Below are positions 11,644 to 23,523 of a DNA stretch of 64,000 nucleotides, in pieces. The position numbers were made by a program, and so were the translations under genes. Numbering within the stretch: the first letter of the stretch is position 1; each line of letters opens with the position of its first letter. A model generated the notes under the pieces. It did not search any database, was not told the origin of the DNA, and was given only the letters and a program-made list of their open reading frames with translations. The stretch is from Ranitomeya imitator (lineage: Eukaryota): contig NC_091286.1 of NCBI RefSeq assembly GCF_032444005.1, forward strand, positions 46,748,001 through 46,812,000, read 5' to 3'.

Positions 11644-13975
11644 TTACAGCACTTTACTAATTGGGTAAAGCACAGCTCCCTGTCTGCACAATGGGTAATA
11701 TTATTATAAATGAGAGGGTAGAGGAATGTCCCCTGATCCCCCACTTTCCTCACCAGACTTCCCATACACATTGCCGGGGATCTTGCCTGCATCTCCCTGC
11801 AGTGAGCTTGACTACAATCACATCATTAATCAGGGTTTACCAGCCCTGGAAAATTACATCAGTATTCTGCCAGGAATATATTAGGATGAAATCTGAGCTC
11901 GGCTCATTACTTGTTCCTTCTAAAATATTATACAAGAATCAACATAAAACAGGAGCGGTCACTATGACATGATATTTCATGTAGGTGCGGTGTACTACAA
12001 GTGCTGCTTATTGATACTTAAGTGGGGTTTTCCTATTGTAGTCCTCCATAACATTTCCACGCAGTCCCATCCTCCATTCTGCTGGTTGTGCGGCTGCTGT
12101 CCAGCTGGTCTGAATAGAGGAGGCTATTCAAGAATTGTCTCTTTAGTGGAGCATAGCTATGCAAGCTCCTTACTCTTGGTTGCTTGGCAGGGGGCAGTTA
12201 CTTTTTTTTTTTATTTTTTTTTGTTCTGATCAGGAGCTCTGTCCTACTACAGATTACCGATCTGTCATGTTCAGAGTCTGGTTATCACGACATTTTTCAT
12301 ATAGAGATAACCGTACCATTTGATCAAGCACACACTGCTCAGGAAAGTGAGAGCCATGATCAGGAGCACTGCCCTGATTAGCATATCTAATAAACGGTAT
12401 GTTTTATTTATAGTATATTTCTTTTTGAGCTCTATGATTTTGTGTACTACTGTATCTAATATTCTTGGTGATGCACTAGAAACTGCTAATGCTTGGTGTG
12501 ATGGGATTGTGATTATGCAGGGATGATAAGAGCCCTGTCAGGAGCTGAGGGGTAGGGAGGAGAGCTGCTATCTGCTTTATATAAATGAATAGGATGGAGA
12601 TGGGTGTCTGGGATGTTTGGAGTTAACTCCTCTCCTGGAATGTTACTACTGCACACACATGGCCAGTCTCTTAGCCAAGCTCCATGGAAACCACCTGTAC
12701 ACTATGTACAGTAAAGGCTATCCTTGCAAATAACATCAGCTAGAAAAAAAATCAAGTCAATTGCACACTTTATTTTCCAGCAACACAAGAGAATAAGTGC
12801 AGCAGCGGTCGAGCATGTGCACGGCTGGTCCATTCTATCAAATTAAAGTACCCCATCCTGCCAATTTGTGCGGCGTCCCAGCAGTCTGACCCCCACCAGT
12901 CAGGAAGTTATCGCCTATCTTGCGGATAGATGAAAACTTGTTTTCACCACACAATCCCTTTTAATTGACAGCTTGCTAATTAATCTGTGACCAGTTTAAG
13001 AAGAAGCAATACACATTAGGGGTCATATGCTGAGGGACTCAAGGTGGGATTAGATCCTGGCAAAGGAAACTGCTTTCTACTGACTGTATCTCGAAGGGGG
13101 TCTACGCTTGGTGTTCCCATGCCAGCTGACAATCCAGCCCTGTTCCCTGACTGATATTACATGGCCGGTTATTAGTCTGAAGCTCCTGGCCGTATTGTCG
13201 CTGAATGCTGGATCAGCTTGCAGTTTTGTGTGACATTTCTATTCTACGTGTATCCCTCAACGAAGGCGGATGAGAATCGGCGCTTGCAATTTTCGCTGCC
13301 TACTGAACAGGAAGATAAATTGTCTTTTAGAAAAGTGGTCTTATTTCAAGGACAATGTATTATGTTCTAGCTTTTCCAGGTAATTTAGCTTTACCTTCCT
13401 CAGCCAGTTATCCTGCACTCGCGCCTGTGTCACTTTCACCAGACTGGTTCGGATATTCTCATTTCGCATCAGTATCACTGCTGCAGTGTTTCTGGTGGGT
13501 TCACTATGATTTCATTAGTTGCAATATACATAAAATGTTGAGTCGTTTTATAAATACTTTAATGGATGAAATTTTATTCTGCCATACAGTAAGTAGGAAA
13601 CTCGCTGGTCCCTAAGGGTGAATGAAACACCATCAGTTTCTGTGAAACTACTACTGTGAGAGTGCAGTAGGAAGCTGTGGCCTAGAAATACTGTACCGCG
13701 TTTTATCATTCAGATACATGGGGTGGACAGCAGTGTGAGCAGCCTCTTCTTACCTCAGGACTAGTGATGAGCGCAAATGCTCGAGTGACATGTTTGTGTC
13801 CCTGCAGCCACATGTTTTGTGGCCGTCTCATACCCACGGAACATGCGGCCTCGGGGATGTGAACATTTCACATTTTACTCTGCATACCCCAGCATCCTAG
13901 GCAAACTCGAGTTACGAGCTTTTGCGCTCAACACTACTCCTGACCCCCAGCACTAGACTAAATAGACAGGGTGGA

Positions 13976-14315
13976 CAGCAGTGTAAGCAGCATCTTCTTA
14001 CCACTGTACCCCTGGTATATCCAGTATTAGATCAGATGGACAGCAGTATGAGCAGCCTCTTCTTACCACTGTACCCCTGGTATATCCAGTGTTGGATCAG
14101 ATGGCTAGCAGGGTGAGCAGCTTCTTCTTACCACTGTACCCCTGGTATATCCAGTATTAGATCAGATGGACAGCAGCCTCTTCTTACCACTGTACTCCTG
14201 GTATATCCAGTGTTGGATCAGATGGCTAGCAGTGTGAGCAGCCTTTTTTTACCGCTGTACCCCTGGTATATCCAGTATTTGATCAGATAGCAGTGTGAGC
14301 AGCCTCTTCTTACCA
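13976..14315. repeat. Tandem repeat, 65-bp unit, about 5 copies
   Basis: Unit CAGCAGTGTGAGCAGCCTCTTCTTACCACTGTACCCCTGGTATATCCAGTATTAGATCAGATGGA starts at 13976, 14041 and 14106. Confidence 0.9.
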
Positions 14316-14911
14316 TAGCACTTCTTGTCTCAAGTCTCGGGATTCAGAAGTATATGAACCAGTTATATGGCAGTGATACAATTGAAGAAAATGATTAAGT
14401 GGTGCAGCTGCACCTTACGTAACATAGGAACACTATTGGGTAATGCAAACCGTTACACATAAAGCGAACACTTCTCATGTTGTGGCCTTTTTTTTATGCT
14501 AATTGCTCCAGTTTCAGTAAGTTTCCAGTAACCACGGCTGATTGTAGCTGCACTTTGGGGGTCACTTTAAATAACTTGCATAAGTAGCAATTCCTTTAAA
14601 ATAAGCACTCACTGATGTTTTGCGCAATCTTTAGGTTGTGGTTATGTGTCGCGAGACACCGCATCTAGTGATTTCCTATAGTGTGACAATAATCTGCAAC
14701 CTCCTGCGAAACAGAGTTGCAAATGTTTACAAATACCTTGGATTTTCTGTCACTTGTCGTAGGATTCAATTCAAGTCGCACGGAGCTGCGACTTGTGCAA
14801 TACTTCTGTTATTTAACTTTTTTTTTTTTGTTTCAGCAAACTCACAGCTCGTATTTGTTTTCTGAGTGATGCTGTGGCTCGATACTTGTTGCCCTGTAGC
14901 CATATCTTTAA

Positions 14912-15476
14912 AGGGAACCTATCACCCCCAAAATGGAAGTTGAGCTAAGCCCACCGCCATCAGGTGCTTATCCACAGCATTCTGTAATGCTGGATATAAG
15001 CCCCCGATGTATCCTGAAAGATGAGAAAAAGAGGTTAGATTATACTCACGCTGGCGGGCGGTCTGATCCGATGGGCGTCGCGGTCAGGGGCCTCCCATCT
15101 TCTTACGATGACGTCCTCTTATTGTCTTCACGCTGCGGCTCCGGCGTACCTCGTCTGCCCTGTTGAGGGCAGAGCAAAGTACTGTAGTGTGAAGGCAAGG
15201 TCAGAGCGGCCCGGCACCTGCGCACTGCAGTACTTTGCTCTGCCCTCAACAGGGCAGACGAGGTACGCCGGAGCCGCAGCGTGAATACAAGAAGAGGACA
15301 TCATCGAAAGAAGATGGGAGGCCCCGGAGTGCGACGCCCCTGGGTGAATATAACCTCTTTTTCTTATCTTGCAGGTTACATAGGGAGCTTATCTACAGCA
15401 TTACAGAATGCTGTAGATAAGCCCCTGATGCCGGTGGGCTTAGCTCTACTTCCATTTTGGGGGTGACAGGTTCCAT
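14912..15476. mobile_element. TTAA-target palindromic MITE (T2/Kolobok-like), 565 bp
   Basis: TTAA TSD at 14908..14911 and 15477..15480; TIR AGGGAACCTATCACCCC / GGGGTGACAGGTTCCAT. Confidence 0.88.
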
Positions 15477-15873
15477 TTAATGAAGAGTATGCTGGAATAA
15501 GATGCGCCATCTAATACATTTTGCTCTTCTTTCAGCTACTGTTGGCCACCACAAGAAATGTACTTTAGGTTGTAATTTACACCAATTTTGTGTTGTAAAT
15601 TATACATTTGGCAGCTGTTCTCTATCGTACCCCCTCCTAGCAAAGTTATGTCCACTTTTCAAAAAGTTGTCAGAAGTGGCCGTAAAAAGTGCCAAAAGTT
15701 GCACAAATTTTGCAACCTTTCAAACAGTTTGACCATTTTTTGTTTAAATGCTTTTAGCCAGAAATACAACTCCTCTTTGCATCTTCCAAGCTTATTGATG
15801 ACCAAGTCAGAGTTCTCCGCTTGTCATAAGTTGACAGAGAACGTGATTCAGAAGTGAGATTAGGAATATTGGG

Positions 15874-16760
15874 TTGGCATGGTGGCTCAGTGGGTAGCAC
15901 TGTTGCTTTGCAATGCTGGGGTCCTGGGTTAAGGCCCCGTCACACATAGCGACGCTGCAGCGATACCGACAACGATCCGGATCGCTGCAGCGTCGCTGTT
16001 TGGTCGCTGGAGAGCTGTCACACAGACAGCTCTCCAGCGACCAACGATCCGAGGTCCACGGTAACCAGGGTAAACATCAGGTAACTAAGCGCAGGGCCGC
16101 GCTAAGTAACCCGATGTTTACCCTGGTTACCATCGTTAAAGTAAAAAAAAAAAACAAACGCTACATACTTACCTATCGCTGTCTGTCCTCGGCGCTCTGC
16201 TTCTATGGTCTGGCTGTAAGCACAGCGGCCGGAAAGCAGAGCGGTGACGTCACCGCTCTGCTTTCCGGCTGACCGGCGCTCACAGCCAGAGCAGAGAAGC
16301 AAAGCGCCGAGGACAGACAGCGATAGGTAAGTATGTAGCGTTTGTTTTTTTACTTTTAGGATGTTAACCAGGGTAAACATCGGGTTACTAAGCGCGGCCC
16401 TGCGCTTAGTTACTTGATGTTTACCCTGGTTACCAGCGAAGACATCGCTGAATCGGCGTCACACACGCCGATTCAGCGATGTCAGCGGGACCTCAACGAT
16501 CAAAAAATGGCCCAGGCCATTCCGACACGACCAGCGATCTCACAGCAGGGGCCGGATCGCTGGTACGTGTCACACATAGCGAGATCGCTACTGAGATCGC
16601 TGTTGCGTCACAAAACTTGTGACTCAGCAGCGATCTCGCTATGTGTGACGGGGCCTTTAAATCCAACCAAGGACACACACTCCTTGCAGATGTTATCTTC
16701 TCCCATTATTTGTGTGGGTTTACTCCCACCCTCCAATTTAGATTAAGAGCCCTAATGTGT
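15874..16760 (+). mobile_element. tRNA-derived SINE interrupted by a MITE
   Basis: A-box TGGCTCAGTGG at 15883..15893; B-box-like GGGTTAAATCC is restored when 15932..16656 and one TSD are removed; body continues AACCAAGGACAC...GTGTGGGTTT. Right boundary approximate. Confidence 0.6.
15932..16656. mobile_element. PIF/Harbinger-like MITE (AGGCCCCGTCACAC TIR), 725 bp
   Basis: TIRs of about 18 bp, TTA TSD on both sides, two internal 72-nt hairpins (16060..16131, 16363..16434). Confidence 0.9.
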
Positions 16761-16911
16761 GTGGATGGCTGCTGAATACGGTGACCCTGACCTCAGCTGA
16801 GCTCACAGATGGGTTCATTGGTAACTATTTCTGTAGTTTATGAACTGTCATACACTGTAGCTGAAGAAGCCAGAATTTCATAAAAAAATGTTGGAAACTT
16901 GTAGTCAAAAT

Positions 16912-17221
16912 TAGTGATGAGCGAATATACTCGTTACTCAAGATTTCTCGAGCACGCTCTGGGGTCCTCCGAGTATTTGTAAGTACTCGGAGATTTAGTT
17001 TTCATCGCCTCAGCTGAATGATTTACATCTGTTAGCGAGCATAAGAACATGTGGGGGTTGCCTGGTTGCTAGAGAACCCCCACATGTACTTATGCTGGCT
17101 AACAGATGTAAATCATTCAGCTGAGGTGAGGAAAACTAAATCTCCGAACACTAAAAATACTCGGAGGACCCCAGAGCATGCTCGAGAAATCTCGAGTAAC
17201 GAGTATATTCGCTCATCACTA
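16912..17221. mobile_element. hAT-type MITE, 310 bp
   Basis: TIR TAGTGATGAGCGAATATACTCG; perfect 8-bp TSD GTCAAAAT (16904..16911, 17222..17229). Confidence 0.92.
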
Positions 17222-18176
17222 GTCAAAATACATGCAAGCAAAAAGATAAAAGCCCTGGAGGTCCTGACACTGGGTGTGCACGGCTGGGCTCCTCCAGTAT
17301 CGGTGCACACACAAGAACAGGGATTTGAGTTTAGGCAGTGCTCACTTTTGGCAATGGAGAACTGTCCATCAGGATCAGCGATAAACGTGTAGATTGGAGG
17401 GTGTAACTGCATCAAAGTGCACTCGTCTGCATACAAAAAAAATCATGTACCGTATGTATATTACTGCTGTATAATATTTTTTGTCACCTACATAAATGTC
17501 TTAGTGGCTGATTTTTGCATTTTGGGGGCAATGGTTTCCTTTTAAAGCTATCATTTTAATTTAATATGCAAGTAATAAATATATGTCCGCTGCCCTGCAG
17601 ACCAGTGAGCAGGATTCTGCTTATACTTAGTATTGTCAAGACTAGTAAGGAATTTTATATGCATTTACCAGCGTTTTTTTTTTTCTTTTTTTTACACTAA
17701 GCGGTTCTCCCATTTGCCTGCAAAATGATGTAAGCTCAGATATCGCCGCTTCCCTCCTCCTGTCTCCCAGCACATAGTGACTCACGAGCTGCAGTCTGTC
17801 CCAGGATCACAGGGAATAGAGCCAAAGAGCAGCCGTTCTACAGCAAATACAGAAGATCAGGGGGCTTATGCAAAAACTGACTGTGCTGCCAAATAGCAAA
17901 GGCTCATAGTGCAACCACCACTGACATCTTACTTTACACCCGTTCATAGAACAATTGCAAGGAAGCTGAGGCTATGCGACAGCACCGACTGCCTAATATA
18001 TTCTCATTACCTGTACCTGACACTGAAAACATCAATGTAGCAGACATAATAATCTTCATGGTCATGAAAGGTTTCTGATGCTGGGACCTCCAGCGATTGC
18101 ACATAGAAGGGGTCGCAGCTGTTTCTATCATTGGGGTCCATATGGATACCTTATGAACATAAAGCATGTTCATAAG

Positions 18177-18223
18177 CAGGGCTGTGGAGTCCGGAGGTTT
18201 GGCTTACCGACTCGACAGCCCTG
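18177..18223. mobile_element. Minimal hAT-type MITE core (CAGGGCTGTGGAGTC ... GACTCGACAGCCCTG), 47 bp
   Basis: 15-bp TIRs with one mismatch; flanked by an inverted rather than direct duplication. Confidence 0.6.
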
Positions 18224-18956
18224 CTTATGAACATGCTTTATACCCCAATCCATACATACAGCTTTTACGATGGTGAGGTCCTCATGGTATGGGTTAAGTG
18301 ATGAGTGAGGGTGCTCAGATAAAGTTTTATCCGAGTGTATCCTAATCAAGTTTTTTTGGCATGCTCAACAAAAATGGTCGAGATTCCGTGGGTATTCGAC
18401 AGCTGCAAAAGATCCAGGGACAGCCTAATAAACAGCCAATCCCTGCAAGTGTTGCGACTGTCGAACAGCCGTGAGACCTGGAGCGGTTTTTTTTTTTTGA
18501 GCATGCCGAAAATACTCTTATTGGGACACGAGCGCGCTCACTCATCACTAATGGGTGTTCATTAGATACTAGCAAAAATATTCACACTGGTCTAGTGTCC
18601 ACGGTGATACAACGTAGCAGCTGAACCAGGGCAGTACTGCAATGCCGGCCTCATGGGCTTCTCTTGCAGTTATTAGCCTCGACTTCATGAATAATCAGTC
18701 GGCTAATGTCAGCTGAGCCCAGGATGACAGCACTTATGTGCTAGCGAGGAAGTTCGGAGCAGCACAGAAATGAAATCTGGTAGAGCGTTGAGAACTATGC
18801 ATATTTCAAAACAAAGGTATCCGCACACAAAAAGTACACCACCCTATATACCGTACTTTATTTTTCCAATAGCTACCATCCCAACTATGTGCCATAGATA
18901 AACGCTTTTGACATTGTAAACTGAAGTTTTACCAATGGCTTTTTTTTTCCTGGCAG

Positions 18957-19112
18957 ATTGGGGCGTGCTGCTATGTGGAGTGTTCGGCGTTGACACAGAA
19001 AGGACTGAAAGCCGTCTTTGACGAGTCCATCATCGCTATTTTAACTCCAAAGAAGAACGCCATGAAGAGAAGAATAGGCTCGAGATGTATAAACTGCTGT
19101 CTGATCACGTGA
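18957..19112 (+). CDS. RHOQ: RHOQ last coding exon, 156 bp including stop
   Basis: tcctggcag|ATTGGG...ACGTGA; encodes [51 protein letters not shown], with the TC10-type CCLIT lipidation tail. Confidence 0.97.
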   Translation: MGACCYVECSALTQKGLKAVFDESIIAILTPKKNAMKRRIGSRCINCCLIT

Positions 19113-19182
19113 GACGGGCGCCCTGCGCCTCCAATACAAGTCCCCTGCACACGAGAGCGGTGCCACGGCTGCACAAAAGACC

Positions 19183-19188
19183 TTTATT
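19183..19188 (-). terminator. Candidate PIGF polyadenylation signal AATAAA
   Basis: First minus-strand AATAAA I found after the PIGF stop (about 180 nt downstream). Confidence 0.55.
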
Positions 19189-19367
19189 TACCCGATTTAC
19201 AGAGATGTGGTCCTCGAGGACATGATGGGTCACAAACCTCCTGAAGGAAAGATGTGGTTTCTCAGGGTCTCGTTCATAGTGACACTAGATGTGTGCAGTG
19301 CGGTAACGCTGTCTGGTCTAGTTTCGCACAAACAGGAGCTCGTGTCCTCGTCATCCTCCAGTTTTCA

Positions 19368-19481
19368 CTATCTGCTTTTGTATGTGAGCCTTTTCCTGTT
19401 CCAATAAATCCAGAATGGAGCCAGTAGAAGACCGGAAACATAGCCGAATGTAGCGCCTAGGGAGCAGGAGATCGGCCATAC
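19368..19481 (-). CDS. PIGF: PIGF last coding exon, 114 bp including stop
   Basis: cccgcag|GTATGG...AGATAG; encodes VWPISCSLGATFGYVSGLLLAPFWIYWNRKRLTYKSR*. Confidence 0.96.
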   Translation of the reverse strand, partial: VWPISCSLGATFGYVSGLLLAPFWIYWNRKRLTYKSR

Positions 19482-22400
19482 CTGCGGGAAGAAAGAAAAC
19501 CAAGTTATTTTTTAGCACAAAAGGTAGAAATGCAGGTAAAACCAGTACAAGATATGTCCACTACATAAGCTGACTGGTTTTCATTTCCAGTTACAGATTT
19601 AATGTAAGAAAGCATTAAGAGTCCTAGGTTAGTTTTACCAGGATTGGTCTCTTATGTACAGTACATGTTCTATCGCAATGGACATGATGGTGTCTATTAA
19701 AGGGCCAGGTGGGTGGATGATCTTTTCTAGCAGGGGCGATGCACATATAACACCAGGAACGCTTGTTCCAGCCCCAACAGAACAGGGGATATTTACTACA
19801 ATTGTACCCAGTCTTCTAAGAATAAACCATAATCCACACTGAGCGCGAGTCCATGGGTACGGATAGCACACGTCCCATGATAGATGTATCTCACTCGAGG
19901 TCTCCATACATATTAGATGAAAGCTGGCAGTCGCAGCTGACTAGCTGATGTGTATGGGGACCACCACATTTGTGATGTCTGTGGAAAAAAAGCTCGGGCC
20001 GCTGAAATTTCTGCTTCTTGTCTGGACTCAAGAAGATGAACATACGATAAGACTGTGAGCTGCAGGGTAGATATCAGACATTAAGCCGCCATTAAATGAG
20101 CCACAAGGGTTACCAAACACTATTTTTGACCTCTTAAAATATTTGCCGTCATGTCTTACCCATGAAATAAAAATTCTGAACAGTGTTCATCATTGTGTGG
20201 TTGTTCCTCTGTTATTCCTCCTAAAAATGTATAGCTAAATTGACATCAGGGTGTTACTATTCCCTCTGTCAAAGGGACATGTCCATACAGTCTAAGGGAA
20301 TAGTCAGACGGCCATAGAACTCTGACGAGGATCACAACGCGGTGCTCGGACTGGCCGGCAGCTCTCCTGACCTGAGCATGACAGCCGCATAGAAATACAT
20401 GCTGTCACGCTCAGGTCAGGAAGGCCGATGGCCAGTCCGAGCGTGGCGATTCTCGTCCGAGTTAGGACATTGTGGACTATAAATGGACTCTCCCCCACAC
20501 AGGTAACTTTCTGACTATTTAATTTTCCAAGAGGAATAATAAAGGAGCTGCACATAAAGAGATGCTCCAGTATTATTAGTTCATGGGGATTACAAGAGTT
20601 TACTACACCTGTTTGTACAGTTATTAAAAATCCTCATTGTATGACCCAATTGTCTACGTGCCATCTCCCACAGGAGTAGTCACAGACACACTATCTGGGG
20701 CGCATGAAGGTTTACAGGTAGCCTTTGTGATCATCCCTGTGAAGCTGTAGTAGGAAGCCATATTATATGGAGATGACACAAGGGGCTTATATTCATCCCC
20801 CACTGATTACTAGTAGATAACTGCACTTTATCCAGGACTTTTCTTACAGCTTTATCCACTGCTGTGGCTCCAAACATAATCATTTAAAGGGATTGTCTCA
20901 TCAGAGAAATAGTATAGTAGATTTCTAATCATCAGGGGTCCTTTTCCCTGAATTGGGTCAATGAGCTGACCCTGTAAGCTGTCTAACCTATAACAGTCGT
21001 GGCCTTACATATAACCTGTCCCACACCACAGACCTAAAGTACATAACGCTGACATATGGACACAAGAGTAATCTGAAAATGACCCCCATTAAAAGGGTTG
21101 TTTACATTTAGGAAAACCATAGTCTCTTTGTTGGAAACAGTGCCACCACTGACCAATGGTTTGTTTCTGGTATAGTAGCTCCGCTCTATTCACTTCAATC
21201 TGTGGTGTGGTTTCCAAAATAAAGCAACTATTACTTTGTAATAGTTGAGAACACTACCCCTAACCTTTTTTTTTTAAATTTCAAATTTAGAGAGGTTATC
21301 CACTACTTTATCATTGATGACCTATCCTTACGACCTGTGTCTAATCTGTTGAGGTCCGGCACTTGCACTGATCAGCTGTTTTCAGTGTTGGCGATGGAAA
21401 TTCTCAATTGGGAAACTGCTCAGTGTCCTGCGCCTCCTATTGATTTGAATAGGGGGAGATGTGCAGTACCGGCCGCGGCCACTAGCAGATGACTGAGCAG
21501 CGTTTCTGGCTGCTGACACCAAAAACAGCTGATTGGGGTCGGACCACTTGCGCCCCCCCCCCCCCTCAATCTAAAGGTAGGTCGATGGGTAAAGTAGTGG
21601 ACAACCTCTTTAGTGATCATGAAATAATGAAAATCCCATATATCTGATACAGAACACAATGAACGCCCTCATCTTGATTTATACCCAAACCCTAAGTGTA
21701 TGGCAGTAATCGAGAACGTGGCGGTTATATACGAGACTCCTCTAGGGTGAATTCCGTGTGACTTTTTTTTTTTAAAGATTTCTGCATGTTCTATAGTTTA
21801 CATTAAGCCTCTACATAGATGGTGTCTAGGTCTTTTCTATTAGTCTGACAACCTACAAGGCACTGTGTTTCTTTGATATTGCTTTTTTTTTCTACATTGA
21901 AGCGGTACAGAATGATTGGGTTATTTAAGGACTAAGTATGAGACGTACAAGGACTGGGAGAAAACGTTTTGCTATTTTTTACATTGAAGACTCCGTTAAG
22001 CCGCACTTGTCGATAAGGAAACCGCATTGCCTAGAGCCGAGGTATTGTCCATGTCTTGTGAAAATGCCCATCACTTCTTCACTCGCAGGCAAGCTTGGAA
22101 AACAAAAACTTTAATGCGAGCCTCTGCACAATTTGATCACGCCGATGTGCCTCAGTCTGTCTTTGGAGCAACTATCTGTGATGAGCGGAGTCCATTTCTC
22201 ATTGCCTAATAAATCCATGCAGTGTTTGCTACTCGCGTCTCTGTGTGATCACTGTCTTTCTAGTAAAAGATGGCCAATGCATATCCATCACGCCGGTAGA
22301 GGCCGCCTGCGTCTCATTCACATGACTGTGCTTGGCTGGACCACTTCCCAATTGTATATGTTTGAGATATGAAATTAAAGGGCGTCTTCCCAATTCATGT

Positions 22401-23414
22401 CCACGAGGGGCAATCACTTTATAAATCTGTCAGGGGCCGCAGAATTGCCTGCTGATTATTAAGCGCAAAAGGACCACAGCACACATTTGGTTCTACATTT
22501 CCTCTGCACAGTGCCACCCCGGCCTCCAGCTGTGCAGGGAACTGCAACAAGTCAGTCACTTGAATACAGCCGCGCCGTCGGGTCTCTTACTGTAAGGATA
22601 AAGGTAAAGCGGCTACAATGCTGAATTGATAGTGTAGCCCCTTCTCTCTCATTATGGGCTCATTCAAGACGTCCGTTCAAATCGGTCCGAGATCGTACCA
22701 CAATGCCCAGGCTGGCTGTGGATCTCCCGACCTAAGCGTCACAGCTTCCTAGAAATAAAAGAAGCTGTCACGCTTAGTTTGGAAGATCCCCAGCCTGTCG
22801 GTCCGGACATTGCTCAGACAAATTTGTATGGACGTCTGCATGAGCCCATGTGCAGGACATAGGAGGTCACCAACCAATTTCATACCATATTATAAAAAAT
22901 TATTAGCCAGATGTACCAGATCAGGCGACAGAAAATAATAATATTCTAGGACTAATTCAGGTTATGACCAGCGGAGAGCTTTCCCATAAAGAAGCCGCAC
23001 TTAAGTATCCGTTGGGCCATAAGTGATCTCAATTCTGAGGCCACCAACTTGCTGCAGGGTCAGATGACTGGAGGTTCGGGCATCATCATTTCCACTCGGG
23101 GCAGATTCCAGTGGTAAGTATGGCTTGTTTTTCTCAGTGCTTCCCACTTGTAACTTAGATGCCCCACAAAAACAAACAAACATCCCTTTCACAGCAGCTT
23201 CACTGTAGTTGTTATAAATTGCTTTTTCTGGTACAGAACGCTGGAGCAGATGTTAAACACATGTAACCGCGCTCGCCTCCTGAGCCTCTTCTCGTATATT
23301 GTACGTAGCACTGTTCTACTGGTAGCGCATCTAATAGACACGGCCCCCCGTAAGAGCTGTGCTCCATACAATACGAAGCTATTACAGTGTGCCACGTATC
23401 GGTGACGAACTCAC

Positions 23415-23523
23415 CTGCCAAGACCGATCCCAGTCTAACGGTAAAGGGAATGCTCCCAGCCAGGCTCCGATTATACTGCAGATCGTGGTTATCTGTAGGC
23501 TGTGGTCCCAGACCGACATTGCC
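23415..23523 (-). CDS. PIGF: PIGF coding exon 4, 109 bp
   Basis: tttttag|G GCA ATG...TGG CAG|gtgag; encodes AMSVWDHSLQITTICSIIGAWLGAFPLPLDWDRSWQ. Confidence 0.96.

Noticed and set aside
23355-23381. FVLYGAQLL in PIGF intron, resembling the PIGF exon peptide IVLYGAPLI (possible duplicated exon)
   Set aside because: Similarity stops after nine codons, most third positions differ, and no acceptor or donor flanks it; most likely chance.
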